Positions 39,267 to 52,356 of a stretch of 64,000 nt of DNA are shown one piece after another. The translations under genes and the position numbers were made by a program. This stretch comes from Macrostomum hystrix (taxonomy: Eukaryota > Animalia > Platyhelminthes), in NCBI GenBank assembly GCA_950097015.1, contig CATNEN010000038.1, positions 6,200,001 through 6,264,000 on the forward strand. Reading direction: 5' to 3'. The stretch's first letter is position 1, and every line of letters begins with the position of its first letter. Below the pieces are notes generated by a model. The model saw only the letters and a list, made by a program, of their open reading frames with translations, was not told the DNA's origin and did no database searches.

Positions 39267-41277
39267 TCAATCAAGTCTCGGCAGGTTGATCACACAATTA
39301 GTGTAGTTGTGTGTGTGGTAGTGATGGTGATGATGAATATGTACCTGAACTGGCTGCTGCTGCCGTTGCTGCGAGCCGCTGATTCTGGACAGTCCCGAGA
39401 CAGAGCTAGCTGGTCGCTCTGACACCCAACTCGGAATTCTAGGCGTGGTGGAGCCGGCTGATCTTTGGCGAAGCTGGGAATTTCTAGGAAGCAGCAGCTG
39501 GCCCGCCATGCAGTCGCCGACAGCGTCCGGCAGCGGCTCTCCCGGCAGCAGCTCGGGCGGGTTAAATGTCGCGGGGTCAACCCGCAACCGTCGGGCAGCA
39601 ACTTGCGGCTGGGCTACGGGCTCAGTTGCTTCGGGCGACAAGGCGACAACGGCTTGAAATTGACGACAAACCGACGAAGTGGGAGCTGAGTCCTTGCGAA
39701 GCAGCCGCTTTGATGCTCTGAGGGTGTTAGACATGAACCCCAACCTGTTAGACATGAAACCCAACTGTTAGACATGAAACCCAACCTGTTAGATATGAAC
39801 CCCAACCTGATGCACATCAGTCTGTTAGACATGTACATCAGTCTGTTAGACATGTACATCAGTCTGTTAGACATGTACATCAGTCTGTTAGACATGCGCA
39901 TCAGTCTGTTAGACATGTACATCAGTCTGTTAGACATGTACATTAGTCTGTTAGACATGCGCATCAGTCTGTTAGACATGCGCATCAGTCTGTTAGACAT
40001 GTGCATCAGTCTGTTAGACATGTACATCAGTCTGTTAGACATGCGCATCAGTCTGTTAGACATGTACATCAGTCTGTTAGACATGTACATCAGTCTGTTA
40101 GACATGTACATTAGTCTGTTAGACATGCGCATCAGTCTGTTAGACATGCGCATCAGTCTGTTAGACATGTGCATCAGTCTGTTAGACATGTACATCAGTC
40201 TGTTAGACATGCGCATCAGTCTGTTAGACATGTACATCAGTCTGTTAGACATGTACATTAGTCTGTTAGACATGCGCATCAGTCTGTTAGACATGCGCAT
40301 CAGTCTGTTAGACATGTGCATCAGTCTGTTAGACATGTACATCAGTCTGTTAGACATGCGCATCAGTCTGTTAGACATGTACATCAGTCTGTTAGACATG
40401 TACATTAGTCTGTTAGACATGCGCATCAGTCTGTTAGACATGTACATCAGTCTGTTAGACATGTACATTAGTCTGTTAGACATGCGCATCAGTCTGTTAG
40501 ACATGCGCATCAGTCTGTTAGACATGTGCATCAGTCTGTTAGACATGTACATCAGTCTGTTAGACATGCGCATCAGTCTGTTAGACATGTACATCAGTCT
40601 GTTAGACATGTACATCAGTCTGTTAGACATGTACATTAGTCTGTTAGACATGCGCATCAGTCTGTTAGACATGCGCATCAGTCTGTTAGACATGTGCATC
40701 AGTCTGTTAGACATGTACATCAGTCTGTTAGACATGTACATCAGTCTGTTAGACATGTACATCAGTCTGTTAGACATGCGCATCAGTCTGTTAGACATGT
40801 ACATCAGTCTGTTAGACATGTACATTAGTCTGTTAGACATGCGCATCAGTCTGTTAGACATGCGCATCAGTCTGTTAGACATGCGCATCAGTCTGTTAGA
40901 CATATACATCAGTCTGTTAGACATGCGCATCAGTCTGTTAGACATGTACATCAGTCTGTTAGACATGCGCATCAGTCTGTACGGGGCGGGTACACCAGTA
41001 GATTTGCCAGAACTGACTGATGAATTTAGCTAATCCCTGTCCTAATCCTGCAGATTAGCCACTCGCACCTGTGTTGAGTTTGACCCGGTCCGAGCTCGGA
41101 GCATGGCCTGCAGGTAGCGACATTGTTGAGCAATTTTGCTCCAAAGCAGTCGGAAATATCTTCAACGGAATCCGTTATTATAACAGCCCGCCTCTGCTGC
41201 TGCTGCTGCTTCTGGCGCCGGCCTTTGCCTGGCCGAATAAGAACCTCAACCGTGATGTCCGCCTGTTGATTTGACAT
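39267..41277 (-). CDS. Putative 2-exon orphan gene (41277-41069 + 39717-39267; 219 aa)
   Basis: GC-rich coding-like exons. Donor cacAG|gtgcga and acceptor ctcag|A are both phase 2 and splice out the 21-bp array in frame. Poly-Q and His-rich tail; no recognisable domain. Confidence 0.5.
39725..40981. repeat. 21-bp minisatellite (catcagtctgttagacatgta / -gcg / -gtg) with higher-order structure
   Basis: About 59 units with a recurring order of variants. Confidence 0.97.
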
Positions 41278-41595
41278 TTTTCAAATTTAGCTGGCTCGAT
41301 TTCATGCGACTTAAAATTCTATTTTATAGGACACATTTTCTCAGTCTAAGCGTACCTGCACCGCTGTTCTGTTCTTCTGTCTCTAGCCGGGTCTCATCTC
41401 AAAGTGCTTTGACTGGTCCCGTCATTGTCACCGGAAGTTTTCAGTTTATGCGAAACCACCGGTAAACGTTGAATATAGCTTTATATTCAGAGTAAAATGC
41501 ATTTAATCAAAGTGCTTAACAGTTGCTGACTTATACGAGCTATAAACAATTTTTGTTTTAACACTTTGCAATTCAACAGTAAATTTTACCCAAGG

Positions 41596-42390
41596 AAATA
41601 TCTAACAGACGATTCTGAATATCTAACAGACGATTCTGAATATCTAAGAGATGATTATGAATATCTAACAGATGATTCTGAATATCTAACAGATGATTCT
41701 GAATATCTAACAGACGATTCAGAATATCTAACAGACGATTCAGAATATCTAACAGACGATTCAGAATATCTAACAGATGATTCTGAATATCTAACAGACG
41801 ATTCTGAATATCTAACAGATGATTCAGAATATCTAACAGATGATTCAGAATATTTAACAGACGATTCAGAATATCTAACAGATGACTCAGAATATCTAAC
41901 AGATGATTCTGAATATCTAACAGATGATTCTGAATATCTAAGAGATGATTATGAATATCTAACAGATGATTCTGAATATCTAACAGATGATTCTGAATAT
42001 CTAACAGACGATTCAGAATATCTAACAGACGATTCAGAATATCTAACAGACGATTCAGAATATCTAACAGATGATTCTGAATATCTAACAGACGATTCTG
42101 AATATCTAACATATGATTCAGAATATCTAACAGATGATTCAGAATATCTAACAGATGACTCAGAATATCTGACAGATGATTCTGAATATCTAACAGATGA
42201 CTCAGAATATCTAACAGATGATTCAGAATATCTAACAGATGACTCAGAATATCTAACAGATGATTCAGAATATCTAACAGATGATTCAGAATATCTAACA
42301 GATGATGCAGAATATCTAACAGATGATTCAGAATATCTAACAGATGATGCAGAATATCTAACAGATGATGCAGAATATCTAACAGATATT
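41596..42390. repeat. 21-bp minisatellite (gaatatctaacagatgattct)
   Basis: About 38 units. Confidence 0.97.
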
Positions 42391-42814
42391 TAACACACTA
42401 CTGTTTTCTGAAAGAGTATTTTTGCAATTCCAGTTCTGAATGACCTTTACAAACAATTGTTGCTTGCATTAGTGCATGGGATGCATGGGATTTAGCTGGC
42501 ATGTCTGGAGGCCGAAAATGTCAGCCAGTAGACGAGTTCGGAACAGAAAATGACAAACAATACAACGGCAATGGTTTCTTGCGTTGCAACACTCTTAGAT
42601 AAAGTAGATATGACTGACTTGTTTGCATAATTAATGCTGAACTACGGAAAAGTTCTTTTTAATGCTGTTTTACACTCGATTTGCCAATACATTCTTGCTC
42701 CTTTAATGAGATTCAAGCAATCAGGGCAGATTGGCGTCGATTTAGATAAGGTTACTGAGATTCAGAAAAAGGAAGAGGCTAAGATAAAGATAGAGAGTTG
42801 GTGGGTAAAGTGGC

Positions 42815-44620
42815 GAGACAGAGAGGAGAAGAGAGAGAGAGGGAGGAGAAAAAAGGGAGAGGGAGAATTGGAGAGAGGGAGATGCTGAGAGAGGAATGGG
42901 TGGAGAGAGGGTGGTGGAGATAGGGAAAGGTGGAGAGAGGGAAGGTGGAGAGAGGGGAGGTGGAGAGAGGGGGGTGGAGATAGGGGAGGTGGAGAGAGGG
43001 AGGTGGAGAGAGGGAGAGGTGGAGAGAGGGGAGGTGGAGAGAGGGGGGTGGAGAGAGGGGGGTGGAGAGAGGGGAGGTGGAGAGAGGCATGGGTGGAGAG
43101 AGGGGAGGTGGAGAGAGGGGGGTGGAGATAGGGGAGGTGGAGAGAGGCGAGATGGAGAGAGGCATGGGTGGAGAGAGGGGAGGTGGAGAGAGGGTGTGGA
43201 GATAGGGGAGGTGGAGAGAGGGAGGTGGAGAGAGGGGAGGTGGAGAGAGGGAGGTGGAGAGAGGCATGGGTGGAGAGAGGGGAGGTGGAGAGAGGGTGTG
43301 GAGATAGGGGAGGTGGAGAGAGGGAGGTGGAGAGAGGGGAGGTGGAGAGAGGGAGGTGGAGAGAGGCATGGGTGGAGAGAGGGGAGGTGGAGAGAGGCAT
43401 GGGTGGAGAGAGGGGAGGTGGAGAGAGGGGGGTGGAGATAGGGGAGGTGGAGAGAGGCGAGATGGAGAGAGGCATGGGTGGAGAGAGGGGAGGTGGAGAG
43501 AGGGTGTGGAGATAGGGGAGGTGGAGAGAGGGAGGTGGAGAGAGGGGAGGTGGAGAGAGGGAGGTGGAGAGAGGCGAGATGGAGAGAGGCATGGGTGGAG
43601 AGAGGGGAGGTGGAGAGAGGGTGTGGAGATAGGGGAGGTGGAGAGAGGGAGGTGGAGAGAGGGGAGGTGGAGAGAGGGGGGTGGAGATAGGGGAGGTGGA
43701 GAGAGGGAGGTGGAGAGAGGGAGAGGTGGAGAGAGGGGAGGTGGAGAGAGGGGGGTGGAGAGAGGGGGGTGGAGAGAGGGGAGGTGGAGAGAGGCATGGG
43801 TGGAGAGAGGGGAGGTGGAGAGAGGGGGGTGGAGATAGGGGAGGTGGAGAGAGGCGAGATGGAGAGAGGCATGGGTGGAGAGAGGGGAGGTGGAGAGAGG
43901 GTGTGGAGATAGGGGAGGTGGAGAGAGGGAGGTGGAGAGAGGGGAGGTGGAGAGAGGGAGGTGGAGAGAGGCATGGGTGGAGAGAGGGGAGGTGGAGAGA
44001 GGCATGGGTGGAGAGAGGGGAGGTGGAGAGAGGGTGTGGAGATAGGGGAGGTGGAGAGAGGGAGGTGGAGAGAGGGGAGGTGGAGAGAGGGAGGTGGAGA
44101 GAGGCATGGGTGGAGAGAGGGGAGGTGGAGAGAGGCATGGGTGGAGAGAGGGGAGGTGGAGAGAGGGGGGTGGAGATAGGGGAGGTGGAGAGAGGCGAGA
44201 TGGAGAGAGGCATGGGTGGAGAGAGGGGAGGTGGAGAGAGGGTGTGGAGATAGGGGAGGTGGAGAGAGGGAGGTGGAGAGAGGGGAGGTGGAGAGAGGGA
44301 GGTGGAGAGAGGCGAGATGGAGAGAGGCATGGGTGGAGAGAGGGGAGGTGGAGAGAGGGTGTGGAGATAGGGGAGGTGGAGAGAGGGAGGTGGAGAGAGG
44401 GGAGGTGGAGAGAGGGAGGTGGAGAGAGGGAGGTGGAGAGAGGCGAGATGGAGAGAGGCATGGGTGGAGAGAGGGGAGGTGGAGAGAGGGTGTGGAGATA
44501 GGGGAGGTGGAGAGAGGGAGGTGGAGAGAGGGGAGGTGGAGAGAGGGAGGTGGAGAGAGGCGAGGTGGAGAGAGGCATGGGTGGAGAGAGGCATGGGTGG
44601 AGAGAGGGGAGGTGGAGAGT
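42815..44620. repeat. Purine-rich G/A minisatellite (ggtggagagagggga variants)
   Basis: About 1.8 kb of GGTGGAGAGAGG-based units. Confidence 0.97.
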
Positions 44621-45381
44621 GATAATTTGAGATAGAGTCAGAAGAGTAGAGGGTGGACAGCCTCAAATCAAGCATTCATTGCATCACTTTTTAGCCAGCT
44701 AAGTCTCCAGACTGGAACACGCGAACAGATGCGCTGCTGTCTGCAACCGTTAGATCAAATTAACTTTCTAAGAAACAACTTTTTGTCAGTCTGTCGTATC
44801 ATTTATCGAGCAGAATGAGTTCGCAAAGCTCTTCAAGTGTAATTTGCTAATTTTTCTGGCTGCCACCAGAAGGCGCTCCTAATCAGAGAAAGAAAAGCGA
44901 ATGCTGACTTCAGAAGTGCGTCACAAAAAGCGAGCCGTTTCCCCGCGGTAACTCCTAGCTGAACTAGAAATTCAAGTAGAAATCTAATCTTTTTGAACGG
45001 GAATGCATTCCAGTACAGATATTCAAGAGACTACGAGTACTAATACGAAATGCGCTTCTTATCTGACCTCTCTGTGACTATTTGACTTTCGTTTCATTGT
45101 CGGTTTTCTGATATCATTTTTTAGTTTAAACGTCCACTTAAAACGTCCCGATAAAGCGACCGCCATAGATTGGAGTCCACGTTGCCAATGTCAACAGGTG
45201 TATACAATGAGAAATCGCTGAGGGATAAAGTCCACTGCAAACTCGACTGGCCAATCAGATGTGCGCTCTCGCTCTGGTCTTAAATACCAGCTGCACGGCG
45301 CTTCACAGATTAGACAGACCTGCTTCGTGTTTGTTGTTTGTAGTCTGAAGTTCGCCTACTGATTCGAATAGTGAAATTGCA

Positions 45382-48300
45382 ATGACAGTCACGCCAGATG
45401 CGGCCGACCCGGAGGCTGCGTGTGAGGACAAGCAGCAGCAGCAGCCGCGGTTCATCTACGCCGCCTTCACATCGGCGGCCTGGATCATCTTGGTTCACGA
45501 GCTGCTGGAGCGCTTCTCATTCTATGGCATGAAGGGCATCCTGACCTACTACCTGAACGACTACATCGGCTTCGACGAAGACACGACGACCATCATCTAC
45601 CACCTTTTCACCGGCATCTCCTACCTAACCCCGATCCTTGGCACCTTTCTGGCTGACAATTTCTGGGGCCAATACAAGACAGTCGTGATTGTAGGCATTG
45701 TGTACCTCATCGGACACTTGCTAATGCCGCTCACAGCGCTCACTAAGAATATTCCAGGTGCGAGTCGAACTCATTGTTTAATTGTAGAAAGGTCACCCAT
45801 CTGAATGAAAATTTTCCGCCCTTTACGGTGAAATTCAACTAACAAGCATTCCCACTATCCAATGATCAAAGGCCCGCTGATCTCCATGCTAATCCTGGCC
45901 ATCGGAACTGGCGGCATCAAGCCCTGCGTGGCCGCATTCGGTGGAGACCAAATCGGCAAGGACAACGAGGCCGTGCTGGACGCATTCTTCGCCATGTTCT
46001 ACATGTGCATCAACATTGGCGCCTTCGCCTCCCAGCTGATAACGCCAATTCTGCGCGAACAGGTGAAATGCATTGACGACTCCTGCTATCCACTAGGCTT
46101 CGGCGTGCCAGCCGTTGTTTTCGGCCTGTGCTACGTCCTGTTCCTGGCCGGCACCAAAACCTACAACATCTACCCCAAGCCCACTAGCCCCATGCTCAAC
46201 AAGGCGCTCAAGGTCGTTCTCTCCGGCAAGCTGAAGGAGAAAAATCAAGGAGACTTAGACGAGAGCAAGGCTACCCCGGGTGAGAGGGATGATACGATCG
46301 GTTAGTTGGGATCAGGGAAGATCTAAGGGTAGGTAATTGGGAATTGATGATCGATTAAGATTTTGCTTTGATCAAATGCATCAGTTTATATCCTGAAAAC
46401 CTCTTTAAAAATGCCTCACCATGCAGAGGAGAAGGCCGACCGCGCATTCGTTGAAGATGTTCGCGTGGCAATGCAGGTGCTGCTGCTGTTCCTGCCCTTC
46501 CCGATCTACTGGGCTCTGTTCGACCAACAGGGCTCTCGCTGGGTACTGCAGGGCAAACGCATGGACGGCTACATTACGGAGACGTTCTCCCTCACGGCCG
46601 ACCAGATGCAGTCGGTGAATCCTCTGCTCATTGTGCTAGTGGTGCCAATCTTCAACAATGTCATCTACCCGCTGTTCGCCAAGTGCAATGTGTTGAAATC
46701 GGCCACCTCAAGGATCTTCTGGGGCTACCTTGTCTGCGCCGCATCATTCGGTGTCACCGGCGTCATGGAGCTGCTGGTGGCGCTGCCACCTGGACAGGTG
46801 GGTTCTAGCTAGTCATAATGGGCTGCGGGCTCTAGTTCGACTGCTTTCCTCTGACTCCTGAACACACACACGCGCACAGATGTGCACATCTGTCTCGATT
46901 TTCTCATCGTCAGGCAGTGAGAATGAGCACGGAATCGAGCTCAGGAGCTTGGTTCGAGAGGCAGTCGTGTTACACCTCTCCGGAACACAAGTTCCTTAAT
47001 CTGATAGAGAAGCATAAAAAATTATGTGGAATAATTTTATCTGATAGCGTGTCTACCCTTAACTGTTGCATTCAAATCGTCCAAGGACTACTTAAGCTTA
47101 TTACTGGGGGTCGGTCGCAGAACGCGTTTACCTTTAGCGCCAATGTCCCTGAGCTCGATTCCGCGGCGAGGCCACATTCACTTGGGGCGCAGCCGCGGAT
47201 AGAAGGCTTGAAGGATTGTGGTGCATCTGACTCCTTTTTAGGGCCAGTGAAGTTTTTACGAGCCTGACGATGAGAAAGTCACGGGAGATGTAAAGCATTG
47301 CGATTGCTATCTGCTCCGTGGTAAATAAATTTCAATAATTTTTCCGCTAGGCCCAGCTACGGATCTTCAACGCCAATCCTTGCCCGATCGAGGTGTCACA
47401 CCCGACAGCTGGCTACGTCACCATCCCAGCCAAATCTTTGGAAAGGTTTCAGCAGACGCCATGGCAAGTGAGCCTGGCCAACCACAGTCACGGCGACATG
47501 CTGCCCAACCTGAACGTCACCCGTCAATGCGGCAGCTCCGCCGGCACCCGCCAGACCGCCTGGCTCTGGCTGCGGCCTGGCAGCGACAATCTGGTTATTG
47601 TGGCCGACGCCGACAAGATTTCAGCCGCCATGCCGATACCGACGTCGGTGTCGCAGACACGATTGCGGCTGGTGCACGGCGACTTCGGCCTGGCTGAGTC
47701 GCCTGTCCAGTTCGGCGTGGAGCGCGGGCGCTGTCAGCCCGAGTCGAATTTGACCACGTCCGGCGCCGGCGCCGCTAGCCCGCTGCTGGCCACGGCCTAC
47801 TGCGAAATCGCTTCCCGATTGGATGTGCCGGTGTACATTGGCGGCGAACAAAAGTACATTGTGAGTGCTCCAGCTGTGATGAATAGTAATGGGTGGTAAA
47901 TTTAGATTTTGTTATTGAAAACTATTGAAATAGTTTGTTTGGTGTCTTCATAGATCCCGTTGTCGTCTCTGCCATCAACAATAAAATTTGCCACAGTCTA
48001 CGCCGAGTTAAACTCTATCAGCGGTGCCACCACCTACCACACTATTGTGGACCGGGAGCTCAACCCACTGCATATCGCTCTGCAGCTGCCACAGTACCTG
48101 CTCATGTGCGTCTCCGAGGTGCTGTTCTCCGTCACAGCACTGGCGTACGCCTATTCAGAGGCGCCGGCGAATTTAAAAGCACTGCTTCAGTCCTTCTATC
48201 TGGTGTCGATCTTCTTTGGCAACATGATTGTGATTGCTGTGGCTGCAGCTCCAAAGCTGCCGAAGCAGGCGCACGAGTTCTTTCTATTCGCCGGTCTGGT

Positions 48301-48490
48301 TTTCCTGGGCGGCTTTCTGCAACTGCTGGTGATTTTCTACTACAACAAGATGAAGGCGAATAGCAGCAGAAATAAGGTCGTGCCGTTAGATATTCCAATG
48401 GACGCTGTGTCAATTGATGATAAAAAGAAGCCGATGAGCTCTTCCGACAGCTCCTCCTCGATCTCCGTTGGCGATGCGAAGGGTATATGA
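45382..48490 (+). CDS. SLC15A: Proton-dependent oligopeptide transporter (SLC15A1/2, PepT-like); exons 45382-45757, 45872-46279, 46427-46797, 47351-47860, 47954-48490
   Basis: ELLERFSFYGM (ExxER motif), IGTGGIKPCVAAFGGDQ, FYMCINIG, YWALFDQQGSRW..Q, DQMQSVNP, extracellular domain, LQLPQY..EV..S..AYSEAP. GT-AG introns in phase. Confidence 0.95.
46818..46975 (-). mobile_element. SINE family A, internally deleted copy
   Basis: Minus strand reads cctgagctcgattccg joined to ctcactgcctgacgatgagaaa..cagatgtgcac..caggagtcagag..gcccgcagccc. Confidence 0.65.
47125..47292 (+). mobile_element. SINE family A copy
   Basis: gtccctgagctcgattccgcggcgaggccacattcacttggggcgcagccgcgg, nearly identical to ~13002-13056. 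Confidence 0.75.
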
Positions 48491-48917
48491 GAGCGGGGAT
48501 TCAAAAGATATAGCGAAGTCGCTTAAAGATCAACACTGCGGGGGCTACAAATGACGAAGGTGATCTGAGAACTCTACAAACGCTAGAACTGAGCAAAAAC
48601 TGATATGTAGGTGTACATATGGATCGAAATTGAGTAACATAATGTGTTTTTGATAATTTCACTCTTTTTTGTTTGATTTTATGAAGCTGGCCTTGCGCAG
48701 GCTAATTTACGTAACGATGAAATCATACAGGAAATATTTTTCAGATTTACTATATACCCTTTTATGTCTGTATCGGTGTTTATTTACTCTTTCAAGCTGC
48801 AAGTAAAAAGTTTTTCTTAAATTCTCAAATTTTGGTTTTTGTCTTAGTTTGCACGTCCACATGAGAAAACACATTAAAAATAATTAGCTTTATCCATAGA
48901 TTTATATCAATTTAGCG

Positions 48918-49240
48918 CACTTCCACGGTACCGTTGCAATAATGCCCAGTCAGCTATCCGAACGGTTACCGTGTGGGAAATAGCGACCGACTTATTCCCA
49001 CTTTTTTAGCGTGCCAGGGCCAAAATGACAAGCATAGATAATATGCATGTGACTTATAGATTGTGTGCATTGTTCGGGCCTTGCTCGGAATGGCTACGGA
49101 TTTTTCAGCATGGCTGTGTATGGCTACACAAACGGGTAGGAAGGCTATCTCTCCAGTTTTCCATGCGGATAGGGCGTTTTTCCCACGGTATTGTGCGGAT
49201 AGGCTGTCCATTATCATGCTACGGTACAGCGTGGCAAGAA
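48918..49240. mobile_element. Old fold-back/MITE-like element
   Basis: Imperfect ~80-bp inverted repeats (cttccacggtaccgttgca..ctatccg..ccgtgtgggaaa versus tttcccacgg..cggatag..tgctacggtacagcgtggcaag). Confidence 0.5.
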
Positions 49241-50164
49241 GCGATGCCATAAGTTATCATTTTGCTAACAAACTATGCTAACATGCTAGCTAACATTAGC
49301 TAACATGCTAACAATTTTAACAAATTCATAAAACTGACAGGCTCTCTATAGTTTAGTTTCTACGTGCTTTGGAAAAAAGCACAATTTTAAAGTGGTAAAA
49401 GTTAAGTCGGGCATAATTTCCTGTTGTGAATCAAATTAAAATTGAGTTTGCAATGCCCGCGCCCCAAAGTAACCAACTTCGTGAGCGCGTCATACAAGAA
49501 AGCAAATGGGATGACCACAGAAAATTATCTCGACAAATGCAACCAAAAAAGGAATAAATCGGTTACTATTCCAGCTTGTATCTTGGTTTTCGTAATTGAA
49601 TTTTGTAGTGTTCTTTTTAAAATATGGCTTACATTAGATAGGGTCTATATCTATTACCTATTTCATTCATTACAATAGGCTATATGCACACACCTATAGC
49701 TAGGAAATGTGTTGTAGGGCTCTTTTATTAATATTAAAACTCGCTTCTATTATACCTTAAATTGACCCTTTGAAATAATTCTTTATTTCCTTTGTCAATA
49801 ACTTAACTATACTTCATAGACTGGCTATGTACTTTTCTTACTTCATATGTATATATTGCCTAATTTAGCCAGATAAGCTGCTTTCTTTCCCAAAAATGGT
49901 AGTGTACGCACAAGTGTTTAAGTGGCAAGACACTTCTTTCTCTCCTTACTTACTCAAAAAATAACTGACTTTCTAGTTTTTTTCGAATTTTTAATATTTA
50001 AAATGTAAATATTTTTACGGGCTAAAAGTAAAAGCTAAAAGTCAGCATGGGTAGTAGTGCCGGACCCAGTAAATGAAATTTTCAAAATGACAGTCTCCTC
50101 CAAAATGGCGCCTCCAAATAAACTCCTGGAGTGTCAAAGTGTCAAAGTGTCACTTAAGTGTCAA

Positions 50165-51018
50165 AGAGTGCGCCTGATGTGCCATGCATCCGTCTTAGCT
50201 TGGCCTTGACATGACCCCACGTTCCCTCAATGTTCTGGGTGTGTACAGTTGGGTCCACAGGGTTGACAAAGTTGAGGGAGTGGTTGACAGTGGCATGGTT
50301 CAGCAGCTGGTTGTACGCAGCCCACTGGTCAGTCAGGATGTATGTGCCGGGTAGGGCCTAGCACGTGCTATTGAATTAGAGGCAGTAGAATGGCAGCTGA
50401 CCGGGACTCGACTGTCATCATGATGAAGTTTCTTGAGTCACGCTCAATCATGCCGAGTACCCAGTGACCCTCTTGGTACTGGCCAACATGGTACTTGCAA
50501 TGCATGAACTTTGACTCGTCAATTTCCACAGTATGTCCGGGACCACCCAGCTGCTGCGGATGGTCGATTGCCCACTGGCAACAGACATTGCGGAAATAGT
50601 TGAACCAGTCAACTATTGTCTCAGTTGAAACTATGCCGACCTCTCACATGACAACGTTGTACTTGACATAAAGTGTCCACCAGTACATTAGCTGGATGAT
50701 CTTGTCCAGTGGCAGGTAACTATTGTAGAAAAACTAGTCTTGTCGCAATGACTTATACCCCTTGCACTCTTTGCAGTACCAAGCATGGCCATCCATTGTA
50801 TTGCGTGCGCGATTGACAAAGCCCATAGGCATGTGGCAGCACTGCATGGTGTTATGGAGCAGGCCAAGGGTTGCCAGCCAGTTTATTGTATCGTCCATTG
50901 TGTCTGTCCTCCTGTGGACATCTTGCAGCTTCAGGGCCAGGGCCTGCAGCAGCTGGTCAGCCAGAATGACCGAATTCTGGGGTACAATGGTTGTTGGGGC
51001 TCGAGGTTGACCAGCCAT
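50165..51018 (-). pseudogene. Merlin (ISXO2/IS1595-like) transposase pseudogene
   Basis: Zn-ribbon (QCC..DGHAWYCKEC), VDWFNYFRNVC, LGGPGHTVEIDESKF, WVLGMIER, ILTDQWAAY, VNHSLNFVNP, HTQNIEGTW. Contains stops and frameshifts. Confidence 0.88.
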
Positions 51019-52089
51019 TGCTGAAAGGATGCGGAAAACACATTAAAAACATGAAAAATAATTTTTATGAAAAATTATAAAAAAATTATAAAATTTAAAA
51101 GTTAAGATAATTTTTTCTTTTCTTAAAATGTGCGCCCCACATATATACACAACTTCAGCCAAAAAAATTAAAAGAAACTGAAACAGGAAGCCAAAAATAA
51201 TTTATGGTTGGGTAAGGAAAGATTACCTGCTATTCCACCAATCGGGATTTACCCTCTGTTCTTTCAGTTATTAAACTATACTGCTTTTGATAATTATCTC
51301 CTTCTTTATTCTTTTGAATACTCACTGACTTATGTGTGATCACAGACCTGCTTTTCTCTCTATCTAAACAAGAACAATTAAACACTTTGAGACTTTCTCC
51401 TTTATTCACCACAGAACTGGGCACTGGGCAGTTGAAGTTTTAGAGCTAAGTTGCAGTTGTTTATAGCGAATTTTGAGGTGGGTGACACGATATAGATAAA
51501 CAAAGGATAAAATCAGGGGAAATGTGTTTGGCGGGAATTCAAGTTATAAAAATTATATAATATAAAATTAGGGCCTGCCACAAATGGTTGTGACAAAGTA
51601 GGCCAGGTCTAACTTCTCAAAACAAAAAGTTAGATCTCAAAAAAATTTAACTTTTACATGTTTTCAATTAAATAAAAATACAGGCTGTTTATGTTTAAAA
51701 TACTTGCACTTGAGAAAGGTTTCAAACTATATACAGAGCATGTAGGCCTACCGCTGTCTCTAATAAAAAGACAAAAATAAATTTAAAAGGAGTGGGAAAG
51801 ACAGAAGATACTGGGTAGCACATTACTACACCTGAGCATACCACTATGATAACTGGTATGCTGTTATGCATACCACTATAGTGGCTTCTTGGTTGTATTA
51901 AGCCAGTAGTCAATACAATTATTTTTTATTGTTACTTTTGCAGAATAATTAAATTGTGTGCAAAATGAGAAGATTGCCAATTATTTGTTCATGCTAATAC
52001 TGTCGAAATGTAGCTGGTTATATAGTATCTGTCAACATCCATCAAATGTAAGTGTTTAGCCTGGGTTTTTCTATAAGTAGCTTGTAGCT

Positions 52090-52356
52090 ACCCAGCTTTC
52101 TAAACATAATATAAGCTTGAGTTCTAAGAATCCAATGGTTGGGTCCAGCTTTCTAAATATAATATAAGCTTGAGTTCTAAGAATCCAATGGTTGGGTCCA
52201 GCTTTCTAAATATAATATAAGCTTGAGTTCTAAGAATCCAAATTATCCAATGGTTGGGTCCAGCTTTCTAAACATAATATAAGCTTGAGTTCTAAGAATC
52301 CAATGGTTGGGTCCAGCTTTCTAAACATAATATAAGCTTGAGTTCTAAGAATCCAA
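52090..52356. repeat. ~53-bp tandem repeat (ccagctttctaaacataatataagcttgagttctaagaatccaatggttgggt)
   Basis: 5 units; a partial echo lies at ~52598-52623. Confidence 0.9.

Noticed and set aside
39614-42393. Long repetitive ORFs (MSNRLMY..., ISLLDM..., EYLTDDS...)
   Set aside because: Products of 21-bp stop-free minisatellites, open on both strands in the first array, with no evidence of coding.
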